From Synechococcus sp. (GTDB lineage Bacteria > Cyanobacteriota > Cyanobacteriia > PCC-6307 > Cyanobiaceae): 64,000 nucleotides of DNA. Below the pieces are notes generated by a model, which was not told where the DNA came from, ran no database searches, and was given only the letters and a program-made list of their open reading frames with translations. Shown piece by piece: positions 1 through 9,790 of this stretch. A program made the position numbers and the translations under genes. Location of the stretch: NCBI GenBank assembly GCA_047285535.1, contig JBJBDC010000001.1, positions 1,120,136-1,184,135 of the forward strand. The letters are read 5' to 3'. Position 1 is the first letter of the stretch. Every line of letters starts with the position of its first letter.

Positions 1-318
1 TCAGTCATCGATGAAGGCATTTTCCGTCGCCTGTTAAGACGTGCAGGACGAACGATTGCTTGTCCGGCCTTAGAAGCCTTTGAAATGATGCTGGATCAGG
101 CCACGCCACCCCAAGTGAGGCTCACGATGATGGCAGCTCTGACCTACCTACTTCTACCAACCGATCTGATCCCCGATTTTCTTCCTGTCGCAGGATTCAG
201 CGATGACCTTGTCGCTTTAACAGCTGTCATCGGTTTATACGGCAAACACATCACACCAGACATTCGACAGCGGGCACAACGCAGACTGAATCGATGGTTT
301 CCCCTCGGTAATTCATGA
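1..318 (+). CDS. YkvA/DUF1232 family membrane protein (5'-truncated by window edge)
   Basis: Frame is open from base 1 (SVIDEGIFRRLL...). It contains the DUF1232-type motif ALTYLLLPTDLIPDFLPVAGFSDD. Confidence 0.85.
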   Translation, partial: SVIDEGIFRRLLRRAGRTIACPALEAFEMMLDQATPPQVRLTMMAALTYLLLPTDLIPDFLPVAGFSDDLVALTAVIGLYGKHITPDIRQRAQRRLNRWFPLGNS

Positions 319-644
319 ATCATTGGTCTCCCGAAGTCGAGGCAGAGCTGACCGCGGTGCTGAAGGATTGGCTGAAACAGCAAGGCCGAACCCAGGCTGA
401 TCTCCGTCGAAGTCTTCGAGCCACATCAACACGCATGCCCGCTCTTTTAGAAGCCCTTGAACATGAGTATCGCCTTGGTGGTCTGCATAGGCTGGCCGCC
501 AAACTCTGCTCGATAGAAACCGATTGGATTAATAATGCCCCCCCTCATGCAAGCTCTTCAACAGGAGACTTGACGACAGAAACCGATCCATTTGGTCAGT
601 TGGACCTGCTTCTGCGCGAAATCCGCGACGATCGCGGCAACTGA
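315..644 (+). CDS. Hypothetical protein, possibly with an N-terminal HTH-like segment
   Basis: 109 aa ORF whose ATG overlaps the upstream TGA (ATGA coupling). Segment LKDWLKQQGRTQADLRRSL is HTH-like. Confidence 0.7.
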   Translation: MNHWSPEVEAELTAVLKDWLKQQGRTQADLRRSLRATSTRMPALLEALEHEYRLGGLHRLAAKLCSIETDWINNAPPHASSSTGDLTTETDPFGQLDLLLREIRDDRGN

Positions 645-663
645 GCAAGATCCAAGGCAAAGT

Positions 664-942
664 GTGGAAAGATGCCCACCTTCCTTGCGTTTATCCGCTT
701 CCCTCGTCTTCAGCATCGGACTCATAGCTGGCGCTGGTCTTTGTGGTTTGGCTCCCGGCATGGTGAGCGCTCAGACAGAAACATGGCTGTATGGTCGAAA
801 CAGCCGCAGCGGGCCAGGAAGCATCGTGGTTCCTACCGATTGCCTAGAAGGTTCAGACGGCTCGATCACTTGTGATACCAAAATAGAAAATCAACCTGGC
901 ACGACTCCTGCAAGGCCTTTTTACAACCCATTCAACAACTGA
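664..942 (+). CDS. Small exported hypothetical protein (start uncertain)
   Basis: Hydrophobic signal-like stretch ending VSA|Q, then a short domain with a Cys pair (VVPTDC...ITCDT). Same strand as its neighbours. Confidence 0.55.
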   Translation: MERCPPSLRLSASLVFSIGLIAGAGLCGLAPGMVSAQTETWLYGRNSRSGPGSIVVPTDCLEGSDGSITCDTKIENQPGTTPARPFYNPFNN

Positions 943-948
943 TCAGCA

Positions 949-1521
949 GTGCCTCAGGCCCGTCGCAAGCGTCGATCATTCCTCATCCTCGTCGACTCAG
1001 CAGAACAACAGGTAGCCAAGTTGCTCACCATCATCACAGCAGTGGTAATTGTGGCGGCTTTAGTCCAGCTCAGCATTCGAGTCAGCCTTGCTCTGATTTA
1101 TACCGATCAAAATTCCTACTGGCTCGGTGATGGGCTGATCAGAATTCTTGGAGATTTGCTCACAGTACTGATTGCACTGGAAGTTCTTCAAAACGTAACC
1201 AGTTATTTAAGGAAGCATGTCATCCAAATTGAACTTGTTCTGGTTACAGCCTTAACTGCAGTTGCAAGAAAAGTCATTGTTCTCCCTGCAGGGTCTGAAA
1301 ACAAACCACAATTGCTCATTGGACTAGGGACTGCTTCTATTGCACTGGCAGGTTCCTATTGGCTCATCAAACGCTCCAATCCTAAGGATTCAAACTCGAA
1401 ACTTGATGGATGGAATCCTCCTGCCAATACAGAGCAATCCATACAGTCCCTGGATAGGGATCGGTCCTCTCCACACGATGACGACGATGGGCCGGTATCA
1501 ACAACTGATCACCCACGCTGA
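949..1521 (+). CDS. Phosphate-starvation-inducible PsiE family membrane protein
   Basis: Four hydrophobic segments; motifs LLTVLIALEVLQN and TALTAVARKVI are typical of the PsiE family. Confidence 0.8.
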   Translation: MPQARRKRRSFLILVDSAEQQVAKLLTIITAVVIVAALVQLSIRVSLALIYTDQNSYWLGDGLIRILGDLLTVLIALEVLQNVTSYLRKHVIQIELVLVTALTAVARKVIVLPAGSENKPQLLIGLGTASIALAGSYWLIKRSNPKDSNSKLDGWNPPANTEQSIQSLDRDRSSPHDDDDGPVSTTDHPR

Positions 1522-1939
1522 GATCAAAACACTCATTTGGATCCTGAAGGTTCAACCTTGCACTACCACGCATCAGGGTTAGCCACTCATGTTCACTCTG
1601 GTCATACCAAAACTCTTTTGGACTGGAGGCAGCGCATGATTCGATTCGCAGCAACCGCCATCCCAGCCCCTGGCAAAGGACAATCTCTTGCTCCTCTCCA
1701 GGATCCAGTGATGGTCCAGACAACAGGTTGTTGGTTTGCATGCTCTTAGGACTATCCTCTCGGTCCCCCCAACGACGGGAAATCTCAAATCCCCAACAGC
1801 GGGCTAAGCTCACCACCGAATTGTGATCGTCACAAGAAGCCAGCTGCTGACGACGCGCAGGATGCCGATCTAGCGACTGGACCAAAGCATTCAATTGCTT
1901 CACCTTGTACAGGAACCGCTGAAGATCCTTTTCTGCCAA
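1382..1939 (-). CDS. Nif11-domain/cupin fusion protein
   Basis: N-terminus is Nif11-like (LQRFL...VVSLARCWGFEI). C-terminus is a cupin (WYDQSEHEWLTLMRGSARL...IPAHRRHRVERT). Confidence 0.75.
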   Translation of the reverse strand: MAEKDLQRFLYKVKQLNALVQSLDRHPARRQQLASCDDHNSVVSLARCWGFEISRRWGDREDSPKSMQTNNLLSGPSLDPGEEQEIVLCQGLGWRLLRIESCAASSPKEFWYDQSEHEWLTLMRGSARLNLQDPNECFDLSVGDQLLIPAHRRHRVERTDPYPGTVWIALYWQEDSIHQVSSLNP

Positions 1940-2052
1940 ACTGAACTGCCATCATTCTCTGCTCATCCTGACAACAAACGAGTCGAGCATCACCACACCG
2001 CCGATGGAAGCGGCAAACTACAGCCAGCGAATGATCTCAGGGTGTAGTTGGC

Positions 2053-2379
2053 ATGATTCGACTCCTCTCAACCATCCTGATCTCGCTGACTCTTTTTTGG
2101 CCAGCAACCACCTATGCGCTTGATTCTGGTGCTTCGCTGTTTCAGAACAATTGCGCCGGCTGTCACCCCAATGGGGGGAACATCATTCGAAGAGGACGAA
2201 CACTCAAGCTGAAAGCACTCAACCAGCGAGGACTCGATAACAGCGCAGCAATCGCTCAAGTAGCCCGTGAAGGAATCGGACAGATGAGCGGTTATGCCGA
2301 AGTCTTAGGACCCGGTGGTGATTTGATTGTTGCCAAATGGGTTTGGCAACAGGCTCAAAACGCCTGGACCCAGGGATAA
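2053..2379 (+). CDS. petJ2: Cytochrome c6-like protein (c6B/c6C type)
   Basis: Signal peptide, CAGCH heme motif, GGNII and axial Met in GQMSGY. Val replaces the Gln found 8 residues before the axial Met in true c6. Confidence 0.85.
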   Translation: MIRLLSTILISLTLFWPATTYALDSGASLFQNNCAGCHPNGGNIIRRGRTLKLKALNQRGLDNSAAIAQVAREGIGQMSGYAEVLGPGGDLIVAKWVWQQAQNAWTQG

Positions 2380-2624
2380 ACGTCAAGCTGAGTCCAAATC
2401 CCTTCGCGCCAGTAAACGTCTTTTTCAAGCAAATCACAAACGCTGGCTTTGCAATCTGATTCAAAGATTGCAAACACATGTGTGCTCCCCTCCGTTGGTC
2501 CCAGGGTGATCAATATCCCCTGTTCTTTGAGCTCGCGTAAGCGAGACAAATGCTCGTCCCGGTATGGCGTTCGCTTCTGAAGAGCATCTTCACAATATGT
2601 TCCCCAAAGAACAAAACGTGCCAT
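2355..2624 (-). CDS. YciI family protein
   Basis: Motifs RTPYRDEHLSRL, LITLGPT and DVYWREGIW; about 89 aa. Confidence 0.85.
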   Translation of the reverse strand: MARFVLWGTYCEDALQKRTPYRDEHLSRLRELKEQGILITLGPTEGSTHVFAIFESDCKASVCDLLEKDVYWREGIWTQLDVYPWVQAF

Positions 2625-2780
2625 CACTGACTTCCTCTTTGAAACACTTTGAGGATCCTAGAGGGTCAAGCATTTTGATGAAGAAAGAGATTCAGTTGGA
2701 AGATTATCTTTAAAAATTGAGATATTTATAAGCCTCTTGAATAATATCTCAGCAGTAGCGTCCATCAGCAGAGCAGATTT

Positions 2781-3587
2781 TTATCCGGCTGCTTTCCTTA
2801 GTTCCCTGCAAAATTCTCCAGCTTCCGCCGCGGCCATACCAGGTGATGCTGCGGCAATTCGTTTCACAAGAGCACTACCGACAATCGCACCATCAGCACC
2901 CCAATGTTTCACCTGAAGAACTTGATCAGGACCGGAAATCCCAAACCCAACAGCAACAGGCCTGCTATTGCAGGACTTCAAATCACGAACCAAGGTCGCC
3001 ACTCGATCTTGGAGCTTGACTCGCTCACCGGTCACACCAGTGACACTCACCAGATAAGTAAATCCACGGCTAGATTCAGCAATTCTATTCATGCGATCTT
3101 TTGGTGTTGTTGGTGCAACCAACAACACCAAGTCCAGCCCATGTTGTGTCAACAAAGGCGACAATCTTTCGGCCTCCTCTAAAGGGAGATCAGGGACAAC
3201 CAAGCCTGCGACGCCTGCAGCGGCGGCTTCCGCAAAAAAACGCTCAGGCCCTCGATTTAAGAGCGGATTGGTATACGTAAACAGAATCACAGGCATCGTG
3301 AGCTGGTCTTTCAACTCAGATAACATTTCGATCACCTTCATTGGTGTGGTCTGTTGCTTGAGGGCCCGGAACGCTGCAGCCTGAATAACAGGACCATCAG
3401 CCAATGGATCGCTGTAGGGAATCCCAAGCTCAACAATGTCAGCGCCATTGGATTGAAGGCTTAAAAGAATCTCAGCGGTCGCGCTCAGATCAGGATCACC
3501 TGCCATCAGGAATGGCATCAATGCCAGTCGATTCCCCTGCGCCAATTGGGAGAAAACCTTTTCAATCTTGGAAAGTTGATCCGTCAC
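2781..3587 (-). CDS. trpA: Tryptophan synthase alpha subunit
   Basis: Motifs [35 protein letters not shown] and [10 protein letters not shown]. Confidence 0.98.
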   Translation of the reverse strand: MTDQLSKIEKVFSQLAQGNRLALMPFLMAGDPDLSATAEILLSLQSNGADIVELGIPYSDPLADGPVIQAAAFRALKQQTTPMKVIEMLSELKDQLTMPVILFTYTNPLLNRGPERFFAEAAAAGVAGLVVPDLPLEEAERLSPLLTQHGLDLVLLVAPTTPKDRMNRIAESSRGFTYLVSVTGVTGERVKLQDRVATLVRDLKSCNSRPVAVGFGISGPDQVLQVKHWGADGAIVGSALVKRIAAASPGMAAAEAGEFCRELRKAAG

Positions 3588-3615
3588 AGAAAGCAGAGGG
3601 TCTGATCAACGGAGC

Positions 3616-3963
3616 CTAAGGTTCTATGGTCTGTTCGGATTCAGACTGGTCAAGATTGAGGGAGGCAAGCAAGGCTTGCTGCTCATCAGCACTCAACGCA
3701 TCAAAGCGTGACTGAAGCTGGTCGGTCGTGAGTTGGTCGTACTCCTTCCTGTATCGGCGGCGCTGCTGTATGTAGGTCATCTGACCCGTCACAACCCTGA
3801 AGAGGTAGGAACCAGTCCATCCCAGGACCACCACCACCAAAACGGCCTCAGCAGCAATCCCTGCGGAAAAGCCCTCTAACCCCGCTGATTGAAACAGCCA
3901 ATACCCAGCTCCACCAACAACGAAGAGAGCCAGGCCGAGCTTGAGCACACCAGCACGCGTCAA
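3616..3963 (-). CDS. DUF3007 family cyanobacterial membrane protein
   Basis: Two TM helices plus WTGSYLFRVVTGQMTYIQQRRRY; sits in the usual position between ndhL and trpA. Confidence 0.85.
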   Translation of the reverse strand: MTRAGVLKLGLALFVVGGAGYWLFQSAGLEGFSAGIAAEAVLVVVVLGWTGSYLFRVVTGQMTYIQQRRRYRKEYDQLTTDQLQSRFDALSADEQQALLASLNLDQSESEQTIEP

Positions 3964-3967
3964 AGTC

Positions 3968-4219
3968 TTAAACCTCCCCTTGACCCCTAAGGCGGAGATT
4001 AAGAAATGGAGCGAACAAGATCATTCCCGGAAAAAAGAAAAACACCATCCCATACACGGCAAATCGCTCGATCTTTCCCATGATGTGCCAACGACGATTC
4101 ATCCAAAAAAAGAGCAAAAGCGGTATGACAACTAGGTAAAGCCCACCCAAAGCTCCATAGCCACCGAGCAGAAGCAGGGTGTCTATGGAGACCGAAGACA
4201 AGAGATTGTCGATAGCCAC
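3968..4219 (-). CDS. ndhL: NAD(P)H-quinone oxidoreductase subunit L
   Basis: [17 protein letters not shown]...[26 protein letters not shown] matches the NdhL signature. Confidence 0.93.
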   Translation of the reverse strand: MAIDNLLSSVSIDTLLLLGGYGALGGLYLVVIPLLLFFWMNRRWHIMGKIERFAVYGMVFFFFPGMILFAPFLNLRLRGQGEV

Positions 4220-4276
4220 AAAAAACAACCTGATTGGGCTGAATCTAAGATGTCGAAGCGGGCCTGCATGGCGCGC

Positions 4277-4362
4277 GGGGGCGTGGCGGAATCGGTAGAC
4301 GCACGCGACTTAAAATCGTTTGGGCTGAAAAGCCTGTGGGGGTTCAAGTCCCCCCGCCCCCA
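4277..4362 (+). tRNA. trnL: tRNA-Leu (anticodon UAA), intron-less
   Basis: Acceptor stem GGGGGCG/CGCCCCC-A, D-arm TGGCGGAATCGGTAGACGC, anticodon loop CT-TAA-AA, long variable arm (GGGCTGAAAAGCCT) and T-loop GTTCAAGTC. Confidence 0.96.
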
Positions 4363-4427
4363 TCAGTTCAGAAATGGCCAATCCCGAACACACTCCCTAA
4401 GTTGGGAACTCGAACATCGGTCGAGTG

Positions 4428-7136
4428 ATGGCCAGTTCCATCGAAGCAATCTCGGATCTGCCCCAGAAAGAGTTACCAAACGAAATCCGCCGCTGTGAGC
4501 AGCGTGACTCCGGGAAGGTTCCATGGGACTTATGGGGGACTTACCTCAGCGACCGGCAGTGGGGGACCGTCCGGGAGGATTACTCCGCGGATGGCAATGC
4601 CTGGAAGTCCTTCCCATTCGATCAAAGCCATCTTCGGACTTACCGCTGGGGGGAGGATGGCCTGCTCGGGTTGTGCGACATGCAGGGAATGCTCTGTTTT
4701 GCCCCGGCACTTTGGAACGGTCGGGATTCAATCCTCAAAGAACGCTTGTTCGGCCTTGGGAATCCCGAAGGCAACCATGGTGAAGACATCAAAGACACCA
4801 TGTATCACTTGGCCGGAACCCCTACCGGCAGTTATTCCAAAGCCCTATACCGCTACCCCCAAAGCGCGTTTCCCTATCAACGTCTACGCGAAGAGAACCA
4901 ACGTCGTTCAAGGGCAGAATCCGAATTTGAGCTTGTTGACACTGGGATTTTTTCCAACAACAGCTTTTTCGACATTGAAATTGAATACGCCAAGGCCGAT
5001 GCAGAGGACATTTTTATTCGACTCTCCATCACCAATCAGGGTGCTGAGCCTGCTGAGCTTCATCTCCTGCCGAGTCTCTGGTACCGCAACACCTGGTCCT
5101 GGGGAGACAACAACAACCGACCAAGCCTTCATCTCTCAGGAGAAACACTGGTTTCCGAGGCGATCAACGGGCTTGGTTCCTACGAGCTGAGTTGCAGCGA
5201 GACAGGAACTTGGCTGTTCACCGAAAACGAAACCAACAGCGAAGCCTTATGGGCTCAACCTCTACCTCAGCCCTACGTCAAAGATGCCTTTCACCGATAC
5301 CTAATTCACGGACAAAGAGATGCGGTCAATCAGGGACAGCGAGGCAGCAAAGCCGCTCTACATCTTCATCACAACCTCAAAGCAGGAGAATGCTGGGTCA
5401 TCGACCTCCGTCTCCGCCGTCATCAAAACACGACAGGAAACGCATCTTTTGAGGCCTCAACCTCCACAAGCTTGATCAAACAGCGCCGTCAAGAGTGGAA
5501 GGAGCATCTGGAGTGGATCGCCCCAGGACTCAATGAAGAAGATCGAGCAATTCATGCCGCCGCCGGAGCTGGTTTGTTCTGGTGCAGAAAGTTTTACAAC
5601 TGGTACGTCGCACGCTGGCTAAGAGGAGACAGCACCGCAATCAGTCCGCCGAAACAGCGTTGGCTAACCGAAACAGCGTATTGGAAAACATTGCGCGCAC
5701 AAAACATCATCTCCATGCCTGACTGTTGGGAATACCCCTACTTCTGCCAATGGGATCTGATGTTTCACGCTGTGGCATTTGCTGAGTTCGATCCTGGCGA
5801 AGCAAAGCGACAGTCCCGCATGCTTAGGAAGGCGAGTTACACCGCCACTAGCGGACAATCGCCTGCCTATGAGTGGGCTCTGTCGGATGCCAATCCGCCG
5901 ATTGGGGCTTGGGCTGCTCTACGCATTTTTCAAATCAGTCGCCGCAACAACTGTGAAGGTGACTATTCCTTCTTACGTGCAAGTCTTCGAGAATTCCTAC
6001 TGGAATACGGATGGTGGGCCAACCGTACTGATCGCAATGGAGACAATCTATTTGAGGGAGGATTTTTAGGACTCGACAACATAGCTATTTTTGATCGACG
6101 CTATCCACTCAGAGACGGAAGCCGCATTGAGCAGTCCGATGGCACAGCCTGGATGGGATTATTTAGTCTAAATCTACTCCAAATAAGCGTTATTTTAGCC
6201 GAAGAAGACCGAAAAGAATATCTCGAAATATGCGAACGATTCATCAAAGATTTCAGCCGGATAACATTCTCTCTAAACAGCTCAAGCGGTCGTGGTTACG
6301 TAAACTGGGACGAGCAAGATGGATTTTATTATGATGTATTAAAAAGACCCGACAACTCCACTGACTACTTGAGAAATAGATCCATTAGTGGACTGATCCC
6401 TCTACTGGCTGTAGCAAGTTTTGATGCCAGTACAGTACAGGATATTCCATCGCTGGATATCAATAAAAGCCTCAAACAACTTGGGAAAGAACGGGGAGCT
6501 TCCTTTGACGCCATAGGCCATCTCGGCGCTTGGCATCGCAATCGCGTTCTATTCTCGATCGTCCCTCCTGCGAGGCTCAAACGAATTCTCAAGAGAGTAT
6601 TTGATGAAGACGAGTTTCTCTCTCCCTATGGGATCAGAAGTCTTTCTAAAATCTACGAATCAGAACCTTATTCCTATCAGCAGGGTGATGAATATGCCAC
6701 AATTACCTACACCCCTGGTGACAGCCCTGTTGCCATGTTTGGAGGAAATTCAAACTGGCGCGGGCCAGTTTGGATGCCAATTAATTTTCTTCTTATCGAA
6801 GCACTTCAGAAATATGGGCACTTTTTTGGCGAAGATTTCAAGATGGAATTCCCGACAGGATCAGGGGAAGAAATGACTCTCTGGGAAATTTCCCTCGAAC
6901 TGGAGAAACGATTAATCGGAATCTTTAGGCGCGATCAAAACCAGCGAAGAGCTTTTAATGGAGGAGTTGAGCTCTTCCAGAAGGACCCACTTTGGCGTGA
7001 TTTATTCCTTTTCAATGAATATTTTCATGGGTGTAATGGGTCAGGAGTAGGAGCAAGTCATCAAACAGGATGGACGGCAATCGTCGCCAAAATGATCACT
7101 CAACTTCAGCGACACCAGCCTATTAACCAGCCATGA
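4428..7136 (+). CDS. MGH1-like / GH63 family glycoside hydrolase (alpha-glucosidase or glycosylglycerate hydrolase type)
   Basis: About 900 aa. Motifs WGTVREDYS, MPDCWEYPYFCQWDLMFH, FEGGFLGLDNI, GGNSNWRGPVW and FNEYFHG..G.GASHQTGWT. Confidence 0.9.
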   Translation: MASSIEAISDLPQKELPNEIRRCEQRDSGKVPWDLWGTYLSDRQWGTVREDYSADGNAWKSFPFDQSHLRTYRWGEDGLLGLCDMQGMLCFAPALWNGRDSILKERLFGLGNPEGNHGEDIKDTMYHLAGTPTGSYSKALYRYPQSAFPYQRLREENQRRSRAESEFELVDTGIFSNNSFFDIEIEYAKADAEDIFIRLSITNQGAEPAELHLLPSLWYRNTWSWGDNNNRPSLHLSGETLVSEAINGLGSYELSCSETGTWLFTENETNSEALWAQPLPQPYVKDAFHRYLIHGQRDAVNQGQRGSKAALHLHHNLKAGECWVIDLRLRRHQNTTGNASFEASTSTSLIKQRRQEWKEHLEWIAPGLNEEDRAIHAAAGAGLFWCRKFYNWYVARWLRGDSTAISPPKQRWLTETAYWKTLRAQNIISMPDCWEYPYFCQWDLMFHAVAFAEFDPGEAKRQSRMLRKASYTATSGQSPAYEWALSDANPPIGAWAALRIFQISRRNNCEGDYSFLRASLREFLLEYGWWANRTDRNGDNLFEGGFLGLDNIAIFDRRYPLRDGSRIEQSDGTAWMGLFSLNLLQISVILAEEDRKEYLEICERFIKDFSRITFSLNSSSGRGYVNWDEQDGFYYDVLKRPDNSTDYLRNRSISGLIPLLAVASFDASTVQDIPSLDINKSLKQLGKERGASFDAIGHLGAWHRNRVLFSIVPPARLKRILKRVFDEDEFLSPYGIRSLSKIYESEPYSYQQGDEYATITYTPGDSPVAMFGGNSNWRGPVWMPINFLLIEALQKYGHFFGEDFKMEFPTGSGEEMTLWEISLELEKRLIGIFRRDQNQRRAFNGGVELFQKDPLWRDLFLFNEYFHGCNGSGVGASHQTGWTAIVAKMITQLQRHQPINQP

Positions 7137-7590
7137 GACAGCTTGGTGCTACGCCGATAAAGTTGAATTATGGTTTTCTCTAAAACCTAATGACCCTCTC
7201 CACCCAACAAGCGCATGATCGATGAAAGATTGCATTCAACATGAGGTGTTTGATGTCATCATCGACGAGTAGTTGAGCTGTGAATGCAGCCCTGATAAAT
7301 ACACTGGGCTGATGGCGAGCACGCAACTGTGGCCTCTGTCTCCTCGAAAGATTTGAGGCACCCTTTCGAGCCATCTGAACAATGAGGGGGAGCCTGCAAT
7401 TGAAATGAATGAATGCATGAATCCATGACCTCGAATCCAGAAAGTTGGACACGGCTGAGTGAATACGTCAATCTGCTTCCGTAGAGACCGACAGGAGAGC
7501 TCCTGAAAGCGAACCTGAAATGACGGCCGGCCCGTCTTTCGAGATGAATCAAGCAGCAATAGACCGAGCAGATCCCTTTTGGAGACACCC

Positions 7591-9237
7591 ATGACAACAC
7601 CCCCCGTTCAAGCCCAAGAGCATGCTTGGAACACCCTTGCTAAAGAGCAAATCCGGTCGTCTGCTCGCTTAACAACGATCGAACCCCAGGGTGAAGAGTT
7701 TGATGTTGTCATTATTGGCAGTGGAGCTGGAGGTGGAACTCTGGCCAGGGCTCTTGCTGATTCTGGTCATTCGATCCTGATCCTCGAGCGCGGTGGCTGG
7801 CTTCCGAGAGAACCTCAGAATTGGGATCCGGTCGAAGTGTTCCAAAACGACCGTTACGTCTCCAAAGATCTATGGGAAGACAAAAACGGGGCAACCTTCC
7901 AACCAGGAAGTCATTACTTCGTTGGCGGTGCTTCCAAAATGTATGGCGCTGCCCATTTCAGGCTTCGCGAACGGGATTTCGAATCGGTGATGCACGTTGA
8001 CGGGGTATCCCCGGAATGGCCTCTTAAATACGACGTCTTTGAGCCCTATTACCGCAAAGCGGAAGAGTGGTATCACGTTCATGGGCTACGGGGTGAAGAT
8101 CCCTATGAACCACCTGCATCCTCTCCCTATCCCTATGAACCCATCAGCCATGAGCCACGGATGCAAAAGCTGGTTGATGATCTTCGTTCAGCGGGGTTAA
8201 GACCCTTTCACCAACCCACTGGCGTTGCTCTCAACGAATCTGCTCCAGCATTTAGTGACTGCGTACGCTGCAACCGGTGCGATGGTTTCCCTTGTCTTGT
8301 GCATGCCAAAGGGGATGCAGAAGTGATGGGTGTTAGGCCTGCATTAACGCATGACAACGTCAACCTTTTGACCAATGCCGAGGTTGTTCGACTCAATACC
8401 GACCCTACTGGTCATGAAGTAAGCAACGTTGTTGTAAATCACGAAGGGAAAGAACTTCATTTCAAAGGGAAGATTGTTGTGATCTCTGCAGGTGCTGCTA
8501 ATTCTGCGCGGCTTCTTCTAATGTCAGCGAATGAAGCACATCCTAACGGCCTAGCCAACAGCTCAGATCAAGTCGGAAGAAACTATATGTATCACAACTG
8601 TAAAGCTGTTGTGGCTCTAGCTCATGAACCCAATCACACCGTCTTTCAAAAAACGGTTGCCATTAATGATTGGTACTTCGGAGACAAAGACTTCGACTTC
8701 CCCATGGGGCATGTACAAATGACAGGCAAAACAAATGGAGCCATGATGAAAGGTTATAAGCCTCGACTTACAGCTCTAGCGCCAACATGGAGCATGGACA
8801 AAGTCGCAGAACATTCACTTGACTTCTGGATGCAAACAGAAGATTTGCCTAGGGCTGAGAATCGGATCAGCGTAAATCGTCAAGGAAAGATTCGTCTCAA
8901 CTACACCCCTACAAACAATCAAGCCTCTAAAGAATTGATGGGAAGACTAGAAGGTTTGCTGGATAAGCTGTATTTGAAAAATCATTTAGCGGAAAGGCAG
9001 ATTTATTTCGCATCAGCGATGGAGATTGCTGCTGTAGGTCATCAGTGCGGCACCTGTCGATTTGGCGAGGACCCAGCAACATCAGTTCTGAATCTGAACT
9101 GCAGGACCCACGACCTGGACAATCTTTACGTGGTTGACACCAGCTTCTTCCCCAGCAGCGCAGCTGTGAATCCTTCCTTAACAGCTGTGGCCAATGCCAT
9201 CCGCGTTGCAGACCACCTCAAAGAAAGACTGGGTTGA
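7591..9237 (+). CDS. GMC family FAD oxidoreductase with Cys-rich (putative Fe-S) motif
   Basis: FAD motif IIGSGAGGG, Cys cluster CVRCNRCDGFPC, catalytic His in GHQCGT and Asn in VNPSLT. RBS GGAGA at 7581. Confidence 0.92.
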   Translation: MTTPPVQAQEHAWNTLAKEQIRSSARLTTIEPQGEEFDVVIIGSGAGGGTLARALADSGHSILILERGGWLPREPQNWDPVEVFQNDRYVSKDLWEDKNGATFQPGSHYFVGGASKMYGAAHFRLRERDFESVMHVDGVSPEWPLKYDVFEPYYRKAEEWYHVHGLRGEDPYEPPASSPYPYEPISHEPRMQKLVDDLRSAGLRPFHQPTGVALNESAPAFSDCVRCNRCDGFPCLVHAKGDAEVMGVRPALTHDNVNLLTNAEVVRLNTDPTGHEVSNVVVNHEGKELHFKGKIVVISAGAANSARLLLMSANEAHPNGLANSSDQVGRNYMYHNCKAVVALAHEPNHTVFQKTVAINDWYFGDKDFDFPMGHVQMTGKTNGAMMKGYKPRLTALAPTWSMDKVAEHSLDFWMQTEDLPRAENRISVNRQGKIRLNYTPTNNQASKELMGRLEGLLDKLYLKNHLAERQIYFASAMEIAAVGHQCGTCRFGEDPATSVLNLNCRTHDLDNLYVVDTSFFPSSAAVNPSLTAVANAIRVADHLKERLG

Positions 9238-9729
9238 TCAGCCCAAAAGGGCTTGAAGCTTAGGGGCCACAAATAAAAGATCAAAGCTGAAAGGACCACC
9301 TCCACTCGTCATCAGGACAAGACACATCACCACATAGACAGCAGCTTTCTCCCAGCTTGGCGGCTCCCCGACTCCCATGGGGCCGGCGTAGTCGCCCTCA
9401 GGGATCTGAAAGGGATCAGGGGCAATGAATGGAGAACCTAGGCTGATCTCCAGAACCATTGCATAAACCATTGACACAGCGATTGCCGCTGCGGCCAAGG
9501 GAGTCAACACTCCAGCAATCAGAGCGATTCCTCCCGCCCACATTGAAAAAGCCGAGAGAAAACAAAGCCATGCAGGCGTCTTCATCGCCGCGGCCCAAGT
9601 GTTCAGATTGATCATTTTGGGCCAGCCGTGACGAATGAAGACCAGGCCTGTGAACAACCTCAAAACAAGCAAGCCTCCACTGGCCGGACCATTCGGTACT
9701 GGAGGCACTATCAGGGAAACAAAGTCCAC
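9238..9729 (-). CDS. DoxX family membrane protein
   Basis: Motifs LLVLRLFTGLVFIRHGWPK, GVLTPLAA and GGGPFSFD. Confidence 0.85.
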   Translation of the reverse strand: MDFVSLIVPPVPNGPASGGLLVLRLFTGLVFIRHGWPKMINLNTWAAAMKTPAWLCFLSAFSMWAGGIALIAGVLTPLAAAAIAVSMVYAMVLEISLGSPFIAPDPFQIPEGDYAGPMGVGEPPSWEKAAVYVVMCLVLMTSGGGPFSFDLLFVAPKLQALLG

Positions 9730-9790
9730 CGATCAACAAGCATTTTCCAAACAGTAGAAACACTTAAGAGCGTCAACATTAAGGATTCGT

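Noticed and set aside
4277..4362. Group I intron in tRNA-Leu(UAA), common in cyanobacteria
   Set aside because: The anticodon loop CTTAAAA is continuous and the gene is 86 nt, so there is no intron.
4495..5190. 231 aa alternative-frame ORF within GH63
   Set aside because: Ser/Pro/Thr-rich off-frame read of GC-rich coding DNA; the main GH63 frame is intact.
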